Origin: Perkinsela sp. CCAP 1560/9
Lineage: Eukaryota; Protista; Euglenozoa: Kinetoplastea
Assembly: GCA_965644495.1 (NCBI GenBank)
Contig: CBFFSA010000045.1
Span: 1-64,000, forward strand
Direction of reading: 5' to 3'
Length of the DNA: 64,000 nucleotides
This document shows positions 13,153 to 22,567 of this stretch, piece after piece. Position 1 is the first letter of the stretch. Each line of letters starts with the position of its first letter. The notes under the pieces are model-generated. The model saw only the letters and a program-made list of their open reading frames with translations, made no database searches and was not told where the DNA came from. The position numbers and the translations under genes were made by a program.

Positions 13153-16022
13153 GTGGTCTTAATACAAAAAGTGGTCTTAATACAAAAAGTGGTCTTAATA
13201 CAAAAAGTGGTCTTAATACAAAAAGTGGTCTTAATACAAAAAGTGGTCTTAATACAAAAAGTGGTCTTAATACAAAAAGTGGTCTTAATACAAAAAGTGG
13301 TCTTAATACAAAAAGTGGTCTTAATACAAAAAGTGGTCTTAATACAAAAAGTGGTCTTAATACAAAAAGTGGTCTTAATACAAAAAGTGGTCTTAATACA
13401 AAAAGTGGTCTTAATACAAAAAGTGGTCTTAATACAAAAAGTGGTCTTAATACAAAAAGTGGTCTTAATACAAAAAGTGGTCTTAATACAAAAAGTGGTC
13501 TTAATACAAAAAGTGGTCTTAATACAAAAAGTGGTCTTAATACAAAAAGTGGTCTTAATACAAAAAGTGGTCTTAATACAAAAAGTGGTCTTAATACAAA
13601 AAGTGGTCTTAATACAAAAAGTGGTCTTAATACAAAAAGTGGTCTTAATACAAAAAGTGGTCTTAATACAAAAAGTGGTCTTAATACAAAAAGTGGTCTT
13701 AATACAAAAAGTGGTCTTAATACAAAAAGTGGTCTTAATACAAAAAGTGGTCTTAATACAAAAAGTGGTCTTAATACAAAAAGTGGTCTTAATACAAAAA
13801 GTGGTCTTAATACAAAAAGTGGTCTTAATACAAAAAGTGGTCTTAATACAAAAAGTGGTCTTAATACAAAAAGTGGTCTTAATACAAAAAGTGGTCTTAA
13901 TACAAAAAGTGGTCTTAATACAAAAAGTGGTCTTAATACAAAAAGTGGTCTTAATACAAAAAGTGGTCTTAATACAAAAAGTGGTCTTAATACAAAAAGT
14001 GGTCTTAATACAAAAAGTGGTCTTAATACAAAAAGTGGTCTTAATACAAAAAGTGGTCTTAATACAAAAAGTGGTCTTAATACAAAAAGTGGTCTTAATA
14101 CAAAAAGTGGTCTTAATACAAAAAGTGGTCTTAATACAAAAAGTGGTCTTAATACAAAAAGTGGTCTTAATACAAAAAGTGGTCTTAATACAAAAAGTGG
14201 TCTTAATACAAAAAGTGGTCTTAATACAAAAAGTGGTCTTAATACAAAAAGTGGTCTTAATACAAAAAGTGGTCTTAATACAAAAAGTGGTCTTAATACA
14301 AAAAGTGGTCTTAATACAAAAAGTGGTCTTAATACAAAAAGTGGTCTTAATACAAAAAGTGGTCTTAATACAAAAAGTGGTCTTAATACAAAAAGTGGTC
14401 TTAATACAAAAAGTGGTCTTAATACAAAAAGTGGTCTTAATACAAAAAGTGGTCTTAATACAAAAAGTGGTCTTAATACAAAAAGTGGTCTTAATACAAA
14501 AAGTGGTCTTAATACAAAAAGTGGTCTTAATACAAAAAGTGGTCTTAATACAAAAAGTGGTCTTAATACAAAAAGTGGTCTTAATACAAAAAGTGGTCTT
14601 AATACAAAAAGTGGTCTTAATACAAAAAGTGGTCTTAATACAAAAAGTGGTCTTAATACAAAAAGTGGTCTTAATACAAAAAGTGGTCTTAATACAAAAA
14701 GTGGTCTTAATACAAAAAGTGGTCTTAATACAAAAAGTGGTCTTAATACAAAAAGTGGTCTTAATACAAAAAGTGGTCTTAATACAAAAAGTGGTCTTAA
14801 TACAAAAAGTGGTCTTAATACAAAAAGTGGTCTTAATACAAAAAGTGGTCTTAATACAAAAAGTGGTCTTAATACAAAAAGTGGTCTTAATACAAAAAGT
14901 GGTCTTAATACAAAAAGTGGTCTTAATACAAAAAGTGGTCTTAATACAAAAAGTGGTCTTAATACAAAAAGTGGTCTTAATACAAAAAGTGGTCTTAATA
15001 CAAAAAGTGGTCTTAATACAAAAAGTGGTCTTAATACAAAAAGTGGTCTTAATACAAAAAGTGGTCTTAATACAAAAAGTGGTCTTAATACAAAAAGTGG
15101 TCTTAATACAAAAAGTGGTCTTAATACAAAAAGTGGTCTTAATACAAAAAGTGGTCTTAATACAAAAAGTGGTCTTAATACAAAAAGTGGTCTTAATACA
15201 AAAAGTGGTCTTAATACAAAAAGTGGTCTTAATACAAAAAGTGGTCTTAATACAAAAAGTGGTCTTAATACAAAAAGTGGTCTTAATACAAAAAGTGGTC
15301 TTAATACAAAAAGTGGTCTTAATACAAAAAGTGGTCTTAATACAAAAAGTGGTCTTAATACAAAAAGTGGTCTTAATACAAAAAGTGGTCTTAATACAAA
15401 AAGTGGTCTTAATACAAAAAGTGGTCTTAATACAAAAAGTGGTCTTAATACAAAAAGTGGTCTTAATACAAAAAGTGGTCTTAATACAAAAAGTGGTCTT
15501 AATACAAAAAGTGGTCTTAATACAAAAAGTGGTCTTAATACAAAAAGTGGTCTTAATACAAAAAGTGGTCTTAATACAAAAAGTGGTCTTAATACAAAAA
15601 GTGGTCTTAATACAAAAAGTGGTCTTAATACAAAAAGTGGTCTTAATACAAAAAGTGGTCTTAATACAAAAAGTGGTCTTAATACAAAAAGTGGTCTTAA
15701 TACAAAAAGTGGTCTTAATACAAAAAGTGGTCTTAATACAAAAAGTGGTCTTAATACAAAAAGTGGTCTTAATACAAAAAGTGGTCTTAATACAAAAAGT
15801 GGTCTTAATACAAAAAGTGGTCTTAATACAAAAAGTGGTCTTAATACAAAAAGTGGTCTTAATACAAAAAGTGGTCTTAATACAAAAAGTGGTCTTAATA
15901 CAAAAAGTGGTCTTAATACAAAAAGTGGTCTTAATACAAAAAGTGGTCTTAATACAAAAAGTGGTCTTAATACAAAAAGTGGTCTTAATACAAAAAGTGG
16001 TCTTAATACAAAAAGTGGTCTT
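13153..16022. repeat. 18-bp satellite, block 2 (about 159 units)
   Basis: Directly visible. Confidence 0.99.
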
Positions 16023-17321
16023 GGCTCCACGGGCACTTCAGTGAGTTTTTGAGACACTTCGATGATTTCTCATCGAAGTGCCTACGTGTCACAGGGTGAC
16101 TCATCGAAACGTCAATCTTCTCATCGAAGGTGATTTTAATTGCTTTGGCAAGAAAAAAATCGAGAACATGAAAATAAGAAAGCGGCGACACTGAGAATCT
16201 GTGTCTGCCACTTCCGCAGGTTTGTGTATTTGTTTTCCTATACTATGACACCTAGTTTACGTGTCTGGAGGCAAGGCCCAACTTTGAGCGAAGCCCACTT
16301 CTGGAGGCAAAAGCCCCCGTTTGCGAGCAAGGCCCAACTGTGAGCGTAGCCCTGGGACAAAATTATATTTTTTGGCGACCCGCGCGCTCCATGCGGAGGT
16401 GGTGGATATTGGCACGGCGGGCGGAGGAGGAGTTGGCATCACGGCCTTCTTTTTCCGGCGGGCAGGAGGGAGCGGCAAATTCTCAGGAGCCACTCCTGAT
16501 TCTTTTGCTTTGGAGCGTGTGAACACTCCCATGAAAGGTAAAAAAAGTAAATAATCAACAAGGTGCAGAAACTGTATCTTTATCGTTAAAGATTATTGTA
16601 CGTGTGCTTCTCTCTAGATTCGTGGGAAGCAATTTGCGAAGCCCAACTACCTTGATAACAAATTTTAGTACCCATTTTGGCCGCGCGGGGGCCCCCGCGT
16701 GAGCGGGGGTGCGCGCGGCCGCGAAACGGCGAGGGCCCGCGTGAGCGGGCCTGAGCCGTACCCCGCGTAGGATTCCCCTGTGCGTCGTTAGTGGGAAGCA
16801 ATTTGCGAAGCTCACTGAATTTCGTAGTTTTCGCTACGCAGGCGTTGTCAACGTATATCTTCTTATAATTTATTCTTAAAAAAAGGGTCCGTTGATTTCT
16901 AATGCATTTTTTTACTCCATATTTTCAGCGTTCTGATATCTTTGCCCCTTCAAGGGCTTTACTTCATACTAATCTGTCTTACAAACAGACTTCCAAAAGA
17001 CACGCCCCACAGCTACACCCTTCATATTCATCCCGACGTTTACGCCAACCAGTGCCTCGAGGTCCAACCGAGCAGAATGGGATTTTCGGCGCTCAAGATT
17101 AGAGCACGAGAGGTGGAGGATATTAACTCCGCACTGAGATCGCGCACTGAGGACCTATGTCTGCCACTTCCGCAGTATTGTGTATTTGTTTTTTAGTCGA
17201 AAATGCAGCTACCACCTCAAAAGTAATTAAAATCACCTTCGATGAGTTTCTTTCGTTTCGATGAGTTTCGTTTTGACACGTGGGCGTTTCGATGAGTACT
17301 CACGGAAGTGTCCTCGTACCC
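16023..17321. mobile_element. 1,299-bp Merlin-like TIR element, copy 2
   Basis: Appears identical to 11854-13152 (offset 4,169 = 1,299 + 8 + 159x18), with the same TSD and the same phase in the satellite. Confidence 0.85.
16257..16532 (-). CDS. 91-aa ORF downstream of the SL relic (16556-16594), copy 2
   Basis: Identical to 12088-12363. Confidence 0.35.
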   Translation of the reverse strand: MGVFTRSKAKESGVAPENLPLPPARRKKKAVMPTPPPPAVPISTTSAWSARVAKKYNFVPGLRSQLGLARKRGLLPPEVGFAQSWALPPDT

Positions 17322-19420
17322 GTGGTCTTAATACAAAAAGTGGTCTTAATACAAAAAGTGGTCTTAATACAAAAAGTGGTCTTAATACAAAAAGTGGTCT
17401 TAATACAAAAAGTGGTCTTAATACAAAAAGTGGTCTTAATACAAAAAGTGGTCTTAATACAAAAAGTGGTCTTAATACAAAAAGTGGTCTTAATACAAAA
17501 AGTGGTCTTAATACAAAAAGTGGTCTTAATACAAAAAGTGGTCTTAATACAAAAAGTGGTCTTAATACAAAAAGTGGTCTTAATACAAAAAGTGGTCTTA
17601 ATACAAAAAGTGGTCTTAATACAAAAAGTGGTCTTAATACAAAAAGTGGTCTTAATACAAAAAGTGGTCTTAATACAAAAAGTGGTCTTAATACAAAAAG
17701 TGGTCTTAATACAAAAAGTGGTCTTAATACAAAAAGTGGTCTTAATACAAAAAGTGGTCTTAATACAAAAAGTGGTCTTAATACAAAAAGTGGTCTTAAT
17801 ACAAAAAGTGGTCTTAATACAAAAAGTGGTCTTAATACAAAAAGTGGTCTTAATACAAAAAGTGGTCTTAATACAAAAAGTGGTCTTAATACAAAAAGTG
17901 GTCTTAATACAAAAAGTGGTCTTAATACAAAAAGTGGTCTTAATACAAAAAGTGGTCTTAATACAAAAAGTGGTCTTAATACAAAAAGTGGTCTTAATAC
18001 AAAAAGTGGTCTTAATACAAAAAGTGGTCTTAATACAAAAAGTGGTCTTAATACAAAAAGTGGTCTTAATACAAAAAGTGGTCTTAATACAAAAAGTGGT
18101 CTTAATACAAAAAGTGGTCTTAATACAAAAAGTGGTCTTAATACAAAAAGTGGTCTTAATACAAAAAGTGGTCTTAATACAAAAAGTGGTCTTAATACAA
18201 AAAGTGGTCTTAATACAAAAAGTGGTCTTAATACAAAAAGTGGTCTTAATACAAAAAGTGGTCTTAATACAAAAAGTGGTCTTAATACAAAAAGTGGTCT
18301 TAATACAAAAAGTGGTCTTAATACAAAAAGTGGTCTTAATACAAAAAGTGGTCTTAATACAAAAAGTGGTCTTAATACAAAAAGTGGTCTTAATACAAAA
18401 AGTGGTCTTAATACAAAAAGTGGTCTTAATACAAAAAGTGGTCTTAATACAAAAAGTGGTCTTAATACAAAAAGTGGTCTTAATACAAAAAGTGGTCTTA
18501 ATACAAAAAGTGGTCTTAATACAAAAAGTGGTCTTAATACAAAAAGTGGTCTTAATACAAAAAGTGGTCTTAATACAAAAAGTGGTCTTAATACAAAAAG
18601 TGGTCTTAATACAAAAAGTGGTCTTAATACAAAAAGTGGTCTTAATACAAAAAGTGGTCTTAATACAAAAAGTGGTCTTAATACAAAAAGTGGTCTTAAT
18701 ACAAAAAGTGGTCTTAATACAAAAAGTGGTCTTAATACAAAAAGTGGTCTTAATACAAAAAGTGGTCTTAATACAAAAAGTGGTCTTAATACAAAAAGTG
18801 GTCTTAATACAAAAAGTGGTCTTAATACAAAAAGTGGTCTTAATACAAAAAGTGGTCTTAATACAAAAAGTGGTCTTAATACAAAAAGTGGTCTTAATAC
18901 AAAAAGTGGTCTTAATACAAAAAGTGGTCTTAATACAAAAAGTGGTCTTAATACAAAAAGTGGTCTTAATACAAAAAGTGGTCTTAATACAAAAAGTGGT
19001 CTTAATACAAAAAGTGGTCTTAATACAAAAAGTGGTCTTAATACAAAAAGTGGTCTTAATACAAAAAGTGGTCTTAATACAAAAAGTGGTCTTAATACAA
19101 AAAGTGGTCTTAATACAAAAAGTGGTCTTAATACAAAAAGTGGTCTTAATACAAAAAGTGGTCTTAATACAAAAAGTGGTCTTAATACAAAAAGTGGTCT
19201 TAATACAAAAAGTGGTCTTAATACAAAAAGTGGTCTTAATACAAAAAGTGGTCTTAATACAAAAAGTGGTCTTAATACAAAAAGTGGTCTTAATACAAAA
19301 AGTGGTCTTAATACAAAAAGTGGTCTTAATACAAAAAGTGGTCTTAATACAAAAAGTGGTCTTAATACAAAAAGTGGTCTTAATACAAAAAGTGGTCTTA
19401 ATACAAAAAGTGGTCTTAAT
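17322..19420. repeat. 18-bp satellite, block 3
   Basis: Directly visible. Confidence 0.99.
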
Positions 19421-19762
19421 GAGAACTTGTGAAAGTAATCTGCGTATTCAATTTAGTTCAATACACATGAATATTTCAGCACGTAAACCATAATATTTTA
19501 TTATATACCAAGGAAAGTGTTTATATCCACGTTTAAAAAGTTAGGGAGGCTATTGAAGTAGTTTCCCATTCGTTAGTACTGTGAGAAAATGAATTATAGT
19601 AGCGCTACTAAGTGACATATGTTGTTTTACTTTATACTTTATATATTGATGTACAAACATATTCGATGGATTTGACGAAGGGTAGGATTACATTAATGTA
19701 TTTTACACTTGATTTGAGTTTTTCAATCTTCACGAATACAATTTTATACGAATGCGCTGATT
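19421..19762 (+). mobile_element. 342-bp AT-rich insertion in the satellite; probable retroelement 3' UTR fragment
   Basis: Its start (cttgtgaaagtaatctgcgta...cacgtaaaccataa) resembles the 3' UTR of the element at 53775-53815 (cttgtgaaggtaatcgaagcgtacacgtaaaaaaacataa). Confidence 0.45.
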
Positions 19763-20273
19763 ATACAAAAAGTGGTCTTAATACAAAAAGTGGTCTTAAT
19801 ACAAAAAGTGGTCTTAATACAAAAAGTGGTCTTAATACAAAAAGTGGTCTTAATACAAAAAGTGGTCTTAATACAAAAAGTGGTCTTAATACAAAAAGTG
19901 GTCTTAATACAAAAAGTGGTCTTAATACAAAAAGTGGTCTTAATACAAAAAGTGGTCTTAATACAAAAAGTGGTCTTAATACAAAAAGTGGTCTTAATAC
20001 AAAAAGTGGTCTTAATACAAAAAGTGGTCTTAATACAAAAAGTGGTCTTAATACAAAAAGTGGTCTTAATACAAAAAGTGGTCTTTAATACAAAAAGTGG
20101 TCGTTAATACAAAAAGTGGTCTTTAATACAAAAAGTGGTCTTTAATACAAAAAGTGGTCTTTAATACAAAAAGTGGTCTTTAATACAAAAAGTGGTCTTT
20201 AATACAAAAAGTGGTCTTTAATACAAAAAGTGGTCTTTAATACAAAAAGTGGTCATTAATACAAAAAGTGGTC
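19763..20273. repeat. 18-bp satellite, block 4, ending in 19-bp variant units (GTGGTCTTTAATACAAAAA, -CGTT-, -CATT-)
   Basis: Directly visible; variants begin at about 20085. Confidence 0.97.
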
Positions 20274-21068
20274 TGCAGGTAGGGCATGCAATGCCAATTC
20301 CGGGGATATTTTACCGAAAGGGGATGCTCTACACCGGTTGCTTACATCCCTAAATGTAACCCTCATGAGATCCCAAGCCCGCATGCTCGTCCTACGCCGG
20401 CCTGCTGTGGGTCCTGATTCAGCGCTCCTAGGCTATGGGAACGAGTAGTGGATCACTCGCCACACCCAAAGACTTCCTCGCCTGCGAAATCTGGCCGCTA
20501 TACAACGTTTTCCCGCGGCAAACGCCGACCCGGCTCTCGTTGTGTATGACCAGGGGTATGGCCAGGTGACTTTCGTGGGAAACTCCCGGTACGGATGCTG
20601 GTCGGGTCGACAGAGTCTATGCTCACGCCTAGTCCGTCAGGGCTAGGTACCCCAAGTGAGGTAGTACACGGGTAGTGAATCTCCTCCCCGTCGGCCAGCA
20701 TCCTGTTTCGTGACCGTGTCGTTGTCGACACAGGCCCGCGCCTGCGCCCTCCCGTATAGCAAGGGAAGGGTTCACAAGTCAGGCCGTGGAGAGGTCGAAA
20801 GACCCGGTCCGGAACGCGCGAATGGATTGGGTCTGGATTGCTTGTTTTAATTTTTACTGTGTCTTATTTGTCGTATATACTTAGGGGAGATTGAATTGCT
20901 AGTTTTGGGCTGAGAAAAAAGAAAAAGAAAAAAAAAAAAAGGTGAATTGCTAGTTTTGGGCTGAGAAAAAAAAGAAAAAGAAAATATGCTTCTGTGGAAA
21001 TAAAAAGAATTGCCAATTTGATTGCTTGTTTTAAATTCATATACCCAAAAAAAAAAAAAAAAAAAAAA
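20274..21068 (+). mobile_element. Structured non-coding, poly(A)-tailed retroposon (SINE-like or unknown ncRNA retrocopy)
   Basis: Many stems: 20593-20604/20692-20703, 20628-20647, 20716-20731, and GGTC-GAAA-GACC at 20793-20804. Ends CATATACCC plus poly(A) at 21047. A diverged partial copy lies at 54127-54391. Confidence 0.6.
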
Positions 21069-21107
21069 AATCTTTAACGATAAAGATACAGTTTCTGTAC
21101 CTTGTTG
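21069..21107 (+). other. Full-length 39-nt spliced-leader (mini-exon) copy at the 5' end of a CRE-like element
   Basis: AATCTTTAACGATAAAGATACAGTTTCTGTACCTTGTTG. It has the kinetoplastid/diplonemid SL core CAGTTTCTGTAC and the canonical 39-nt length. An ATG follows 44 nt later. Confidence 0.85.
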
Positions 21108-21151
21108 AATTTTTTCTATTTCATCTCTTTCCGAGGTACGGGTTAATTTTT

Positions 21152-22567
21152 ATGTCTGGTATCATCCCCCCCGCAGTCACACTTCCTCCCATAGACGACA
21201 ACAGCGGAAATCCGGACCACGAAGCCGAAGCCATGGAGACGGACGACAAATGCTTAGAAATTAATGGCAGAACTCACCGACCGGGGTCTTGGGACCAATT
21301 TAAAGGAAACGAACATTTAATCACGGGGACGAGCACATACCATGAAGACCTTTACACGACCCCCATCCCTCAGAATATTCCTGAAGATTGGATCCGCCGA
21401 ACGAACGCGATCGTAGGTGGGGTTAATGAAACACCGGACACAGGTCACACGGAGGTCGAAAATGAAGAGATGCAACACTCCGCTGTTATCAGGCAAGTAA
21501 CGCCAGCGAAGAAGACGAAAGAGGCTTTGAATGCTACACAGCATCTAAGTACACCACTCAAAACTGCTCTATCCGCCCAAGCACGTAGCAATGAGGACAT
21601 TAAAGGTCACTCCAAGAAAACCCCTACTCCACGGAGAAATAAGCTCATCCGATACCGGGTAGACCCAGAGACACCTTCACTCTTGCATCCTTATGAACTT
21701 ATTCCGGGCCCATCTCAAGAGCAACCAGGAAGAAGACACGAAACCCAGAATATTGAAAACGCTGGCGTTAGCCTCGCTGAGCCCAACTCATTGTCCCAAG
21801 GAAAGTCTGCCGCGCTCCGAGAGTGCCCGGCCCAGGGATGTTCATGGCGCAGTCCGTCGCATGGCGGATCCTGGCAAGCCTTCTATAACCATGTCGCATG
21901 CCGGCACGGTAACAGCATCCCTAATGAATGGTGGTACAGAGAAGGCCGTTTTCTATGCACCTCATGCGGACGCCACTACGACAACCACAAACGATCATCG
22001 CACACACACAGCTGCAAAGGAACGAAAACCGTCGCGCTCCTTTCTCCCGAACTTCTTACTCCACCCAACGAAGTGAGCACCGCACCAACACCAGAGAACA
22101 CCAACTTTGAGCTCCCACCTCTTCCTTCTGTCTGCTCTCTTCAGCTGAGTACGTGCAAAGACGTGCCTTATCGTTGCCGCCAGATCTGGGAAGAAATCCT
22201 CTCCTCCGCCATTCGGAACGCGGTCTCTGAAAACTCCTTAAAGGCATGGACGCTTCTGGCCATGCTTCCCAAATGCGTTTTACCAGCTCCGCATCGAGGG
22301 GGCCGCAAAGGCCACATGGCATATGCCTCACATGCGTATAAATGCATGCAGCGTTGGGCGGAACAAGAGTACTCGGACCTATGGAGCGAAGCAATTGTAG
22401 CCTGTCGAAAAAAGCAAAAATCTCCAACGGAATTCCCTGACGAAGACGAGAAGGCAGCGATTCGAGCAGAACTCCTCGTCCGCCACGGCGAGCTCTCTAG
22501 AGGGTTGGCCTCCCTAACGTCAGATCCAATGGCGCCTGACGATGACGAACATTTGAAAAATTGCTAG
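21152..22567 (+). CDS. CRE-like polyprotein, N-terminal part: LsmAD-like domain + two Zn fingers (frameshifted from the RT part)
   Basis: GSWDQFKGNEHL..STYHEDLYTTPI motif and Zn fingers. One extra A near 22548 would fuse it to 22561-26343 (..DDETFEKLLEKHP..). Confidence 0.8.
   Translation: MSGIIPPAVTLPPIDDNSGNPDHEAEAMETDDKCLEINGRTHRPGSWDQFKGNEHLITGTSTYHEDLYTTPIPQNIPEDWIRRTNAIVGGVNETPDTGHTEVENEEMQHSAVIRQVTPAKKTKEALNATQHLSTPLKTALSAQARSNEDIKGHSKKTPTPRRNKLIRYRVDPETPSLLHPYELIPGPSQEQPGRRHETQNIENAGVSLAEPNSLSQGKSAALRECPAQGCSWRSPSHGGSWQAFYNHVACRHGNSIPNEWWYREGRFLCTSCGRHYDNHKRSSHTHSCKGTKTVALLSPELLTPPNEVSTAPTPENTNFELPPLPSVCSLQLSTCKDVPYRCRQIWEEILSSAIRNAVSENSLKAWTLLAMLPKCVLPAPHRGGRKGHMAYASHAYKCMQRWAEQEYSDLWSEAIVACRKKQKSPTEFPDEDEKAAIRAELLVRHGELSRGLASLTSDPMAPDDDEHLKNC

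Noticed and set aside
2-20107. Giant ORFs (VVLIQK)n, (GLNTKS)n and (RPLFVL)n
   Set aside because: They are by-products of an 18-bp unit that lacks stops in several frames. There is no synonymous variation or other sign of coding.
1-20273. CRISPR array
   Set aside because: There are no spacers and no cas genes, and the context is eukaryotic.
20279-20395. Permuted twister ribozyme (TCCCAAGC loop, GGGA partner)
   Set aside because: The P4 stem pairs poorly and the UAA cleavage-site motif is not correctly placed. A cmsearch with the twister models would settle it.
20448-20459. 5.8S rRNA-like GTGGATCACTCG
   Set aside because: It is only a 12-nt match, and the flanks do not resemble rRNA.
20274-20850. 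Telomerase RNA templating the 18-mer
   Set aside because: I found no copy or complement of the 18-mer inside the structured region.
21069-21107. Functional SL RNA gene
   Set aside because: No GT donor or intron follows any copy; all lead into UTR plus ATG.
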